Source of the DNA: a virus
Lineage: Duplodnaviria > Caudoviricetes
Direction: 5' to 3' (one strand)
Virus record (IMG/VR): IMGVR_UViG_3300030372_001947
Span: 1-48,666 of that record
Length of the DNA stretch: 48,666 bases
Shown: positions 10,824 to 19,789 of the stretch, piece by piece
How the letters are laid out: each line of letters begins with the position of its first letter
Numbering within the stretch: position 1 is the stretch's first letter
Notes under the pieces: generated by a model
Database searches by the model: none
Seen by the model: the letters and a program-made list of their open reading frames with translations, nothing else
Told to the model about the DNA's origin: nothing
Program-made: the position numbers and the translations under genes

Positions 10824-12056
10824 TTAACTTATTATCATATCTATTGGTGTGAATATCATTTGAAAAGTATAAACACTGTCACCAGCATCATAACCAATGT
10901 CGAATTTACTAATTGTTCCCTGTATACCAGTGGTGTTATTCATAGTGCTAAAATTTACACCCGCTGATTGCTCATTCTCATCTGAGCCTTTTTGTTTCTT
11001 GGTTAGACCAACACCGGTTCTAATTAAGAAGTTACGTACTGTATACTTGTCACCATTTGTTGCTTGAATAGTAGAATTGTATGGTATTTGAAGACCTATA
11101 GGGTAATCATCACCTAACGAAAAAAAAGTCTGAATAATCCCTGAACCTGCTATACCCCCGGCGGCGGCGAGGGCGGCGGTGGCACCAATGGTTACTGGAG
11201 TTGCAGCCAATGCACCTATTACTAATCCCGCCCCTGCTGCTGTGCCTATTCCTCTAGCCAAATCTCCTCTTGTTGTGTTATGTAAAATACCGTATAAATC
11301 TTGGACTTTATCACCAGCAGATTTTGCCTCTACTCTGCCAGCATTTACACCACCCATAAACGGTTCACTATAAGGAGTATAGTAAGTCGTGGGATTAAAT
11401 CTAAAATTATTTTCACTACTCATGGCCCCTGCTGTATTTTGAGTAATCGTTACTTTACTATTACCATAAGTGGGGCCATGAAAAGACTCAACAGCAGACG
11501 CTGAAAATGGAGTGCCACTAAAAGTACCTATTGCTTGAACTAAACCTGATGCCAACTGAGCACTAGTGGCTATAACACCTGTTGATGTATTTTTAACTAA
11601 CACTGTCGCTGTGGTGCTACCCGAAGTAGCACCTGTACCCACTGTACCTGATGATGCTTCTGTAAAAGTCACAACATATTCAGTGCCTGTTGTATTTTGC
11701 ATAGTAAGAGTTTTTCCTATTATATCCTTTATATCATCATGGTCATCGATATTAGTAGGAGTGGGGTCCGCAAAATGTTTAGTACTGATGTTAAATTCCA
11801 CTAAGGCACTAGCAGGAACAGCGGAGGAAGTTCTAGGGTTATCATCATCATCTGTAAATATACCGTCTATGATAATTGTAGAACTAACTAAATTTAAATC
11901 TACACCAAATCTTTTACCACCTGTGAATGGTATAGTTGCCCCTCCTACTCCCCTATCTACACTCATAGCCATAGAAACAGCAGTCAACTCAATTGCTGTT
12001 TTTTGGTCATCATCTAAAATTAATCTAATTGGTGTTCCGAATCCTGCCATTATCAA
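10824..12056 (-). CDS. Putative distal tail/baseplate hub protein with inserted beta-rich domain and Gly/Ala hydrophobic segment
   Basis: 410-aa ORF directly after the tape measure. Beta-rich termini (IQGTISKFDIGYDAGDSVYTFQMIF) resemble the Dit/tube fold. Function inferred from position. Confidence 0.5.
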   Translation of the reverse strand: MIMAGFGTPIRLILDDDQKTAIELTAVSMAMSVDRGVGGATIPFTGGKRFGVDLNLVSSTIIIDGIFTDDDDNPRTSSAVPASALVEFNISTKHFADPTPTNIDDHDDIKDIIGKTLTMQNTTGTEYVVTFTEASSGTVGTGATSGSTTATVLVKNTSTGVIATSAQLASGLVQAIGTFSGTPFSASAVESFHGPTYGNSKVTITQNTAGAMSSENNFRFNPTTYYTPYSEPFMGGVNAGRVEAKSAGDKVQDLYGILHNTTRGDLARGIGTAAGAGLVIGALAATPVTIGATAALAAAGGIAGSGIIQTFFSLGDDYPIGLQIPYNSTIQATNGDKYTVRNFLIRTGVGLTKKQKGSDENEQSAGVNFSTMNNTTGIQGTISKFDIGYDAGDSVYTFQMIFTPIDMIIS

Positions 12057-13213
12057 TACCTCCCTTGTCTAGTTGTGCCGCCTATGTTACGAGATACCTC
12101 GTTTTGAATTAGATTACCGATTCTTCTAGCGAAGTTTCTTTTATCAGAGCGGTCTGAAAAACCACTCATGTTGATATTAATATTGAAGGTTTGTCCCATT
12201 CCTTTTGAGTTAGGTCCTGATAACGGTATAACCGCCTCAGGTCCAGCCTCACCAATCATAGCAAGAGTAGGCCCTGTTACGATACCACCTTTTGCTAACA
12301 TGGGAATCTGCCAACCCGTTAGGTCCATACCAATTGTATATTCAGTCCCAGTAATAGGATTTGTTAAAGTTTTAGTGAAATTTATAGCAGCGAAAAGAGA
12401 ATTAATAGCGCTAATTAAAAAGTTAATAGGGGTTTTAAGAATATTACCTAGAGTTTCACCCACACCTTCGAAAAGATTTACGATACTTCGACCCACTGAT
12501 GCAAAAGTGCCCTTCGGGTCATTAACTATCTTTTTAATAAACTTCCAAGCCTTACTACTGAGTTTTATACCAAGGTCCATGAAGTCACTAATTGAAATGC
12601 TAAACAATCCTTGGAATAAATCTGCTATAAATTTAAATGGTTGAGGTAATACACCAATCATTAAATCTATTCTTTCACCTAAACTAAATTGTGCAAATGC
12701 CCCTTTACCTCTTATGAAATCCATAGTTGTTACTAACCAGTCGGGTAAGTCGAATGCGAAATCTAATCTCTCAGATAAAGTGAGACCAGCAAAAGCGCCT
12801 TCTCCTTTAAATAAATCCAATACACCTTGAATCGCATCAGGTAATTCTATATCAGGGATTGTGAAAATAGTGCCCCAATCAATATCAAAATCAAAAAGTG
12901 CTAAAAAGCCATTCCACCCTGCCGATATTAAATCCAAGGCCGCCTGAAATTGTGTTTTGATAAATTCCCAAGCGGCACCAAAACCATCCATTATAGCACC
13001 AGCGATTTCACCAATAGTTTCAGTAAAAGCGCTAAATTTTTCTTTAAAACCCTCCCATTTATCTTTTACGAACTGTATTGCTTTGCCTATAAATTCACCT
13101 ATAGCCTTACCAACCTTCGACACTACTTGAGTTAATGCTTTGAATGCTGATGACAAAGCACTAGTCATTTGTCCTGCGCTGGACAGAGCACCAATTACAC
13201 CTGCTACTGCCAT
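12053..13213 (-). CDS. Tape measure protein (short, 386 aa)
   Basis: Amphipathic helices with periodic W/F; C-terminal LAKGGIVTGPTLAMIGEAGPEAVIPL motif typical of TMP C-termini; follows the tail chaperone pair. Confidence 0.8.
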   Translation of the reverse strand: MAVAGVIGALSSAGQMTSALSSAFKALTQVVSKVGKAIGEFIGKAIQFVKDKWEGFKEKFSAFTETIGEIAGAIMDGFGAAWEFIKTQFQAALDLISAGWNGFLALFDFDIDWGTIFTIPDIELPDAIQGVLDLFKGEGAFAGLTLSERLDFAFDLPDWLVTTMDFIRGKGAFAQFSLGERIDLMIGVLPQPFKFIADLFQGLFSISISDFMDLGIKLSSKAWKFIKKIVNDPKGTFASVGRSIVNLFEGVGETLGNILKTPINFLISAINSLFAAINFTKTLTNPITGTEYTIGMDLTGWQIPMLAKGGIVTGPTLAMIGEAGPEAVIPLSGPNSKGMGQTFNININMSGFSDRSDKRNFARRIGNLIQNEVSRNIGGTTRQGRY

Positions 13214-13494
13214 TAGAACTCCTCATTCTGTAACCAGTTATAATCTAATGGTACGGTTTCGTTCCCACCGCTTTTATTTTTCTGTTTTTGAACATCTCTC
13301 TCTTTCTTTTCTTGGTTGTTTCCAACAAGAGTCCATGCTAAAGATTGTTGAAAAGTTTCGGGTGTCATCTCTTGTACTTCCTTTAATGATATGTTGAAAT
13401 GTTTTGCCACCATGTAACTCCATAATTGTAATTGTATCTCTATGTCCTGCGGGGTTGCGACAACGTTGCGATGTAGAAAATCTTCTATCATCAC
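13213..13494 (-). CDS. Tail assembly chaperone, C-terminal (gpT-like) segment, probably expressed by -1 frameshift
   Basis: 93 aa with a VAKHFNISLKEVQEMT motif; lies in the -1 frame relative to the upstream chaperone, open through the G7 run; directly precedes the TMP. Confidence 0.65.
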   Translation of the reverse strand: MMIEDFLHRNVVATPQDIEIQLQLWSYMVAKHFNISLKEVQEMTPETFQQSLAWTLVGNNQEKKERDVQKQKNKSGGNETVPLDYNWLQNEEF

Positions 13495-13871
13495 TTGCTG
13501 TCGCTCATAAACCCCCCCTGCATCGCCTTCGCAAGTTCATCAGGGCTAGGTAATAATTTTGATATGGATTCTCCTGCGAATCCTTTTAAATTTAATAATT
13601 CATCTTTTGTTAACAGAGGGTCTGTTTTTGTAATCCAAGTGTTAAAAGCAAAACGCCAATATCCTTCGAGATTTAAACTGACATTACCATCGGCACCCAC
13701 ATTAAACATTTCTTGTGCTGCCTTTTGTATGTCGAGGAAGGATGTATCTTTTATCCACACATCCATCACTAAACTATCGTCTTCAGGGTCTACCCTGACC
13801 GTGTGTTTAGTATCGTTATTCTTTCTTAATATCCTGTTCTTGTCCGTTAATATCGTTGTTGTCATCTTCAT
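13491..13871 (-). CDS. Tail assembly chaperone (gpG-like)
   Basis: 126 aa between tail tube and TMP, ending at a slippery sequence. AGGTGA RBS suggests the true start is the second ATG (13865). Confidence 0.65.
   Translation of the reverse strand: MKMTTTILTDKNRILRKNNDTKHTVRVDPEDDSLVMDVWIKDTSFLDIQKAAQEMFNVGADGNVSLNLEGYWRFAFNTWITKTDPLLTKDELLNLKGFAGESISKLLPSPDELAKAMQGGFMSDSK
13512..13518 (-). other. Programmed -1 frameshift slippery heptamer G GGG GGG
   Basis: Minus strand reads ATG CAG GGG GGG TTT ATG. A -1 slip gives GGG GGG GTT TAT GAG CGA CAG CAA GTG ATG, in frame with 13213..13494. Confidence 0.6.
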
Positions 13872-14364
13872 TCACCTTGGTTACAGCCGATTCTTCATCG
13901 GGGGTATCCAGCGGTTCTTCGACAGCCGATTCTTCATCGGGGGCCGGTGTCTCCGCTACTGACTCTGATATGCCTTCGTCATCACGCTTTAGTCTTAGCG
14001 CTAATTCTGACTTTGTACCACTAGTGGGTAATCCACGAGTTTTACATTCTTCTTTTAATTCTTTTAATGTCATAGAATCATATGTTAAATCTGTAGGAAA
14101 TTCTTCACTATCAGGTATGTCCTCAGGAGTTTCTATAACTTCTTCAACTACTTCTTCAACTACTTCTTCAACTACTTCTTCAACTACTTCTTCAACAGGT
14201 TTTAGTTTAGCAAGCACTCTTTCTTCAATAACTTTACGATTTCTATCATCTACGATATAAGGTAAATCTTCTAATGTTAATGTCACATCAACTTGTGATG
14301 CGAACCATAAAGCGTAATCTTTTGTGCTTAGTCTGCGATGTTTATTTACATTTATTCTACTCAT
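13816..14364 (-). CDS. Acidic SAP-domain protein
   Basis: YDSMTLKELKEECKTRGLPTSGTKSELALRLK matches the SAP consensus; flanked by Glu-rich repeats; AGGTGA RBS. Confidence 0.8.
   Translation of the reverse strand: MSRINVNKHRRLSTKDYALWFASQVDVTLTLEDLPYIVDDRNRKVIEERVLAKLKPVEEVVEEVVEEVVEEVVEEVIETPEDIPDSEEFPTDLTYDSMTLKELKEECKTRGLPTSGTKSELALRLKRDDEGISESVAETPAPDEESAVEEPLDTPDEESAVTKVNEDDNNDINGQEQDIKKE
13883..13943. repeat. 22-nt direct repeat ACAGCCGATTCTTCATCGGGGG x2 (PDEESAV)
   Basis: Copies at 13883-13904 and 13922-13943, coding. Confidence 0.85.
14138..14196. repeat. 12-nt tandem repeat (ACTTCTTCAACT) x ~5 encoding VEEV repeats
   Basis: Directly visible and in frame within the SAP protein. Confidence 0.9.
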
Positions 14365-14372
14365 TTAATCAC

Positions 14373-16589
14373 CTAACAATGGAATAGTGTATCTGTTGAA
14401 ATTACTTTAATTCCTTTTGGTAAAATCTTTAATGGACTTCGTATAGGTCCTTTATCTTCAGGAATTTGTAATGGTGCTTCTGTGATAACATAATCATCAA
14501 TTTGAATATCTAATGTTTCACGAGTAGCCGCCGTTCCTGATTTAGTGAATGATAATCTAATTTGGTCTCCTAATGTTACAGATGAATCGTGTCCTACTGC
14601 TCTACGCATTTTATGATAGAATAATGGGTCATCAACTATGATTTCCATATCCAATGAGTACTCTGTTTTACCTTCAACCGATAATGATGGATTTCTACTA
14701 CCAGTAAAAGGAACTTGGTCTGTTGCCGCATCTACTGTGTTAGTACCATTGATTGTGTAATATTGGGTAACTCCTGTACTACCTGATAAATTAAAAGATA
14801 CCACTTGTGCGACATTAACTCCACCTAAAGTAATTTGACCATTGTAAAACATATATGGTTTTTGAGTGCCTACGGCGACACCTGCTTCTTTACGTTTAAC
14901 AGCCGTATTTGCCGTGTCTTCAAACATACGATGAGGATTATATCTATCCGCTGAAGTCTTAGAAAAAGTCAGTGTTCCGTTAGTAACACTACCACCAGTT
15001 GTTGATTCACTTAATTCAAACGTAGTTGAGTTAGTTATAGATGCGATGTAAGCATTCGCTGGTATACCTGTGCCGCTTACTGCTAAACCTTTAACGATAT
15101 TAGCGTTAGCATTGTGTGTTATAGTAGGGTCGTTATTATAATCACAAGTGCTATCAGTAAAACTACTTGTAGTTACTAATCTACCTGTATCTGTATAACA
15201 GAAAGCCGCATCGTAATTTACAGTTAATCTCAAAGCAGCATCTGTGTCTGTTGTTAAATTAAAGTCTTTTACTTTACATCCTCTGAATACACGAGTGAGT
15301 TGTTTAGAATCAGAAGTTCCTCCATCTACCACATCTAAATCACCACCGTCCACATCTGTTCTTCTAATACTTACTTCGATAGCAAAAGATGGAACAGTAC
15401 TTCTTGAATATAATAGTCGAGTTACCCCATTGGTTAAAGCACCAGTGCTCGCTCTATCAGGACTACCGAGTGTACTATCTTCTCTAAATCTAACAAATTC
15501 TATTGGTGTGTTATCGGCATGAGAGAAGCATAAAGCATCGTCTAACCAAATATAGGTGTGTGAACCATTATGTTTAAAAGCAGCAATTCTTCTTATTTCA
15601 CCTTTTTGAGTAGCATCAATATATTTAGTGGCGGGGTCAGATGCATCTGAATGACCAAATCTACTTGCTGTGGCGTCTGATGAACCTTTATAGGAAATAA
15701 TATCAACTGCGTCTGTATCATTAATAACCACATAATCTCCCACTGTTACTGCGGTGGAACTACCTCCTGTAAAAGTAGGTGCGTTAGTACCTGATGTTTC
15801 ATCTACAACTATGTAAGTAGCACCCGCTGAAGTAGCACCATCTAAAAGATAATCACTTTCAGTGCATGTGCTGTCATATTCACTACCTATATCAACTGCC
15901 TCCATACCTAGACAATAATATAACCATCTAGGATTGTGCATATTAACTTCAAAAGACCCACCTTCATTGGTAAATCTACCCGGTGCTTGTACAGCAATAT
16001 CTCTCCCTAAACCAACTACATGATATCTTTTCAAATCTACTTTAGTTTCAGGTAATGTTAAAGCGGATGTTAAACCTAAAAATTGGTCTGTAAGAGCGCT
16101 TTCTGAATTAATTGCTGAATTACCTTTATGAGTATTATTTGTATCAAATGTAGGACAACCAAATCCGTGAATAATTAAAGCATCTCCTGCTCCAAGGTCA
16201 GTACCACTACCTCCCGCTGACACTGTACCTTCAGCCTCTTTTAATGCAGGTGTGACAGTGATTTCATCCCCTTCATGGTCTATTATAGTGTAAATTCTAC
16301 CCGTGGTATTTGAATCATCGTCTGTGAAATTACCACCTGTACCACATCTAATAGATAATTTACAACCTATTAACATACCAGCAGGTAAATTTATAACTCC
16401 ATCGGTCACAGGACCTGTAGAAAATCCACCAAATAATCTTATTATACTATTGTTGTCTGCTGAATTCAACGTTTCATGTTCAAAACTAAAAGTTCCTTGG
16501 TCATTTGCGAATCCATCTATTAATACTATTCCTGTCTCGTGGCCGAATGAAACATCGGCTAAATCTCCCTTATATACTGTACTTGGCAT
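14373..16589 (-). CDS. Major tail (tube) protein with inserted beta-domains
   Basis: 738 aa. Tube-like segments (GGSFEVNMHNPRWLYYCLG; FYNGQITLGG...VVSFNLS; YSLDMEIIVDD...LDIQIDDYVITEAP). Lies between a terminator-like gene and the chaperones. Confidence 0.7.
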   Translation of the reverse strand: MPSTVYKGDLADVSFGHETGIVLIDGFANDQGTFSFEHETLNSADNNSIIRLFGGFSTGPVTDGVINLPAGMLIGCKLSIRCGTGGNFTDDDSNTTGRIYTIIDHEGDEITVTPALKEAEGTVSAGGSGTDLGAGDALIIHGFGCPTFDTNNTHKGNSAINSESALTDQFLGLTSALTLPETKVDLKRYHVVGLGRDIAVQAPGRFTNEGGSFEVNMHNPRWLYYCLGMEAVDIGSEYDSTCTESDYLLDGATSAGATYIVVDETSGTNAPTFTGGSSTAVTVGDYVVINDTDAVDIISYKGSSDATASRFGHSDASDPATKYIDATQKGEIRRIAAFKHNGSHTYIWLDDALCFSHADNTPIEFVRFREDSTLGSPDRASTGALTNGVTRLLYSRSTVPSFAIEVSIRRTDVDGGDLDVVDGGTSDSKQLTRVFRGCKVKDFNLTTDTDAALRLTVNYDAAFCYTDTGRLVTTSSFTDSTCDYNNDPTITHNANANIVKGLAVSGTGIPANAYIASITNSTTFELSESTTGGSVTNGTLTFSKTSADRYNPHRMFEDTANTAVKRKEAGVAVGTQKPYMFYNGQITLGGVNVAQVVSFNLSGSTGVTQYYTINGTNTVDAATDQVPFTGSRNPSLSVEGKTEYSLDMEIIVDDPLFYHKMRRAVGHDSSVTLGDQIRLSFTKSGTAATRETLDIQIDDYVITEAPLQIPEDKGPIRSPLKILPKGIKVISTDTLFHC

Positions 16590-16600
16590 GTCGGCTCACC

Positions 16601-17047
16601 TCATGGGATTAGTTCTGCGAATATAACAACCTCTATCTGAAATGTCATTCTAAATAACCTTTTAGTTCGGTCAGATAGGTCTGTTCTAGTTTTGAAAACT
16701 AATCTATCGAAATTCGTACCATCACCTTTTCGCTTCACATGAATAAGTCTCCTTATCTCATTTTCCATCTTTTTTAGATGTTCACGGGTTTTTGCTGTAC
16801 GACAATCGACTGTAATATTTAATCTAGTAGTTACAAAATCATAGAGTAACTCAGGTGTTTCTTCATTATGTGCTGTTTCAAAGACTAAAATAAAATCATG
16901 TCTTGATAAATCTAGCCTCTTTCCTCTCTCGGGTCCCACGGATGCTATGTCTTGGATAATGGGTTTTATGTTGTTTGTGTTACCTCTATTCCAATCCGAT
17001 AAGACTGATATTACGGAATCTATACCTTCTGAAAACGTTGCTACCAT
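16601..17047 (-). CDS. Putative tail terminator/completion protein
   Basis: 148 aa alpha/beta protein (RLNITVDCRT...RMTFQIEV) immediately upstream of the tail tube; AGGTGA RBS. Confidence 0.55.
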   Translation of the reverse strand: MVATFSEGIDSVISVLSDWNRGNTNNIKPIIQDIASVGPERGKRLDLSRHDFILVFETAHNEETPELLYDFVTTRLNITVDCRTAKTREHLKKMENEIRRLIHVKRKGDGTNFDRLVFKTRTDLSDRTKRLFRMTFQIEVVIFAELIP

Positions 17048-17055
17048 AATATCAC

Positions 17056-17427
17056 CTACATGAATGCACTAATGGGGAGATTCATTTTGTCATACCTAGT
17101 CATATCAGGTATAATAACTCCCCCCGAGAATTTTAATTTTTGTTCTATTAATAGAGGAGATTCACGTAACATACGTGCGTCTACTCTTTGAAAGACAGAA
17201 TCTATCTCTCCCTCTGATGGTGAGCCGTTGCCCTTTGTGTATCTATAACCATCTTGAGTTTCTTCTATCCCATTGAATCTTAATTCTTCTCTCTCCACTT
17301 TCTCTCTATATGAAGGAGGACTGCTTTTAACAGCCTCTTGGATTTTCTCTTGATTTTTTGGCTTCTTGTACTCTTCAATGATTTCGTTCATCAATTCATC
17401 GAATTCTGTTAGTACCATTTCAATCAC
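17056..17427 (-). CDS. Hypothetical protein in neck module
   Basis: 123-aa ORF translationally coupled to the adaptor gene. Confidence 0.6.
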   Translation of the reverse strand: MIEMVLTEFDELMNEIIEEYKKPKNQEKIQEAVKSSPPSYREKVEREELRFNGIEETQDGYRYTKGNGSPSEGEIDSVFQRVDARMLRESPLLIEQKLKFSGGVIIPDMTRYDKMNLPISAFM

Positions 17428-18998
17428 TCAAATATTACCATTTCTATATACCGAGGTAATAATCGGTCAACTTCGGATTGTAAAAGTTGTATTTTAGATG
17501 TTAAATCAACATTCTGTGTTCCTTCGGGAATCAGGACACTACGGTCATCTGACATCAATAAATCGATACAAGTCATCTTAGTGGCGATTTCTTCTATTGC
17601 TTTATCTAAATATCTTTCACCATATACATACGCTACTTTTACAGCATTCCATTCAAAGAAAGGATATGAATTGTTGAAGTATACTATACCTACTTCGTGG
17701 TCTAACCACCAGTCTTTCAGACGAGCATTGTCTCCACTTGCGCTACCGCCTTGTAAATCAACTTGTAAAGTTTCTTGAGTTATAGTCCCACCAATGTCGG
17801 ATAAACCACTACCAACTACAATGGCACATCCTGTGAATGATGTGTCAGTTACACCTGTGTATCTAAACACATCTCCACTAGTATCTACACAGACACCGGC
17901 CTTAGCGAAACCACTTGTGGAAGTAACATTAATAGTTGTAGATGCAAGGCTACTAAATGTTGTGCTGTGCGATGATGTTTGAGATATACCGATGCTACTA
18001 TCAGTAGTAACTATAGAACATGTTTCTCCCGCTTTGACTGCTCTCATACTACTAATTTTCACTATACCAGTTCCGTAATCAGAGTTAGCACTTGCTAAGA
18101 ATTCATTATTGACGGCAACATTCGAAGTTGAGCCCTCTAAGGTAAACGTGGGAGAAAACTCCACTGCCGCCTTACTTACTCTATCTTCTTTGTTGACAAG
18201 GTCAGCAAGATTTTGAGCAGTTGTAGTAGCATCAAAATCTGCTCTCCATTGTGTAGTACTCGTGCCCGCTGTGAGTACACCAGCACTTCCATTTCCCGGT
18301 GATACAACTATAGAACCACTGATTGCTCTTACATCTTCGGGTATTGATATACGTGCTTCAGCACCACATATCTCTCTATAATCGTCTCCTTGCCATAATT
18401 CTATACGCAACATTTGCTGAACGTTCCTAAACAATAGGGGGGTAGTACCCACATAATCAGTATAATATCGCCTTCTATATGGCTTATATGTATCGAAGTT
18501 AATATATTCTGCTTGCACTATGTATGGTCTCCAAGCGTTGTGTGTAATATTGTCTATACGGTCCTGTATTTCTTTAATACGGGTTTCTACCTTACTTTTC
18601 GTTAAACCTCTAGTTCTACCATTAGTAAATGAGGCTGTATTTTGAACATATGTATTATCCGCTGCTTGAAAATCAGTAACATTGGATATATTATCACCAG
18701 TGAAATATAAAGCAACACCATTAGAGCCTCCTTCAGCAACTGCTGTAATTGTCTTCTCTACTCCCATCGCTTGAGCATCACTATAGATAAGAAGAACATC
18801 TCCTACACTAAATCCTATATCACGATAGTCTGCACCTGTAACATATACTCTATCTGCTTCAGTATCAGCACTAACCAATACTGCTTCACTAGGGCCAATA
18901 TTGAGATAATCTGCTACCTTTTGAGCACTAGTGTATACTATTTCATTAGGATACAAAGGTCTTGTTTCTCCTTCACCCGGACTAAATACTATTGGCAT
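17424..18998 (-). CDS. Head-tail adaptor (gp15/gp6-like) with inserted beta-domains
   Basis: N-terminal YTSAQKVADYL, central IKEIQDRIDNITHNAW and C-terminal VKVAYVYG...AIEEIATKMTCIDLL...LLPRY are typical adaptor elements; located after the capsid genes. Confidence 0.7.
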   Translation of the reverse strand: MPIVFSPGEGETRPLYPNEIVYTSAQKVADYLNIGPSEAVLVSADTEADRVYVTGADYRDIGFSVGDVLLIYSDAQAMGVEKTITAVAEGGSNGVALYFTGDNISNVTDFQAADNTYVQNTASFTNGRTRGLTKSKVETRIKEIQDRIDNITHNAWRPYIVQAEYINFDTYKPYRRRYYTDYVGTTPLLFRNVQQMLRIELWQGDDYREICGAEARISIPEDVRAISGSIVVSPGNGSAGVLTAGTSTTQWRADFDATTTAQNLADLVNKEDRVSKAAVEFSPTFTLEGSTSNVAVNNEFLASANSDYGTGIVKISSMRAVKAGETCSIVTTDSSIGISQTSSHSTTFSSLASTTINVTSTSGFAKAGVCVDTSGDVFRYTGVTDTSFTGCAIVVGSGLSDIGGTITQETLQVDLQGGSASGDNARLKDWWLDHEVGIVYFNNSYPFFEWNAVKVAYVYGERYLDKAIEEIATKMTCIDLLMSDDRSVLIPEGTQNVDLTSKIQLLQSEVDRLLPRYIEMVIFE

Positions 18999-18999
18999 A

Positions 19000-19299
19000 T
19001 CAATCCCTATTCTCCTCGTCTCTGTGTCCTAGATTATATTCCATCGGTTTATTACAAGCACCGCAGTTCTCCACCCATAAAAAGTGGAGCATACCACAGT
19101 GTTTACAACGTGTGCCAGCACCTATGTTTAAAACATCTCCCGCTGAGGAGTTACGATTACGTTGCTCATTGGTTATACCAGCAAGAGGTTTTTCTGTGTT
19201 TAAAACAGAAGATACATCATATTGAATATCACTACGTATACTTTGTTTCTGAAACCTTTCTATGTCTTCAGCATCAATTGTTCGAAAGTCGAGCGCCAT
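19000..19299 (-). CDS. Small zinc-ribbon protein
   Basis: CKHC...CGAC motif; GAGGGGA RBS-like sequence upstream. Confidence 0.7.
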   Translation of the reverse strand: MALDFRTIDAEDIERFQKQSIRSDIQYDVSSVLNTEKPLAGITNEQRNRNSSAGDVLNIGAGTRCKHCGMLHFLWVENCGACNKPMEYNLGHRDEENRD

Positions 19300-19317
19300 T
19301 CATTCCCCTCACTCTCA

Positions 19318-19491
19318 TTAACTCGTTGTAACAAAGATAAATACATTACCTAGAATCATATGTGGGTCACAAGATACACATGTGTTAGATGCAATAGCGC
19401 TGCTAATAGCAGTTTCTATCGCTGTGATGTCACTATCTGCACTAAACAACTTAGGTTGATAGGGTCCAAGTATTGTAACTGATTTAGCCAT
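19318..19491 (-). CDS. Small 57-aa protein missed by the ORF track (MAKSVTILGPYQPKLF...GNVFIFVTTS)
   Basis: Fills the gap between neighbours; ATG preceded by GGAGCGTGA; TAA at 19318-19320. Confidence 0.75.
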   Translation of the reverse strand: MAKSVTILGPYQPKLFSADSDITAIETAISSAIASNTCVSCDPHMILGNVFIFVTTS

Positions 19492-19508
19492 TTAGGTCAC
19501 GCTCCTGA

Positions 19509-19787
19509 TTAGCGCTTACCTAATGCCCACCATGAACCAGTATTATTGGCTACACAATCAACTGTAATTGTACCGGGTGTTGCGTCCGCTACGATTGCGA
19601 ATGCACCATCTACTCCACCACCAGTTACATCTGCATATGTGTCGCCCATGACTCCACAAGCAAGTATTTCTGATAAACCAGTTACGATAGGTCCTGTGTT
19701 TACGCTTGCTGCGTTCCAATCTCCGGTAACCATCATCAGGTCACCTAATACGTGCGTTCTTGTGTCTGTTGTACTGCTAAATGCCAT
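19509..19787 (-). CDS. Small beta-rich virion protein (possible decoration/head fibre)
   Basis: 92 aa, G/T/A/V-rich; GGAGATGA RBS; post-MCP position. Confidence 0.55.
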   Translation of the reverse strand: MAFSSTTDTRTHVLGDLMMVTGDWNAASVNTGPIVTGLSEILACGVMGDTYADVTGGGVDGAFAIVADATPGTITVDCVANNTGSWWALGKR

Positions 19788-19789
19788 TA

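Noticed and set aside
14138-14196. Tandem repeat as a possible CRISPR or mini-array
   Set aside because: 12-nt units with no spacers, in-frame coding for VEEV.
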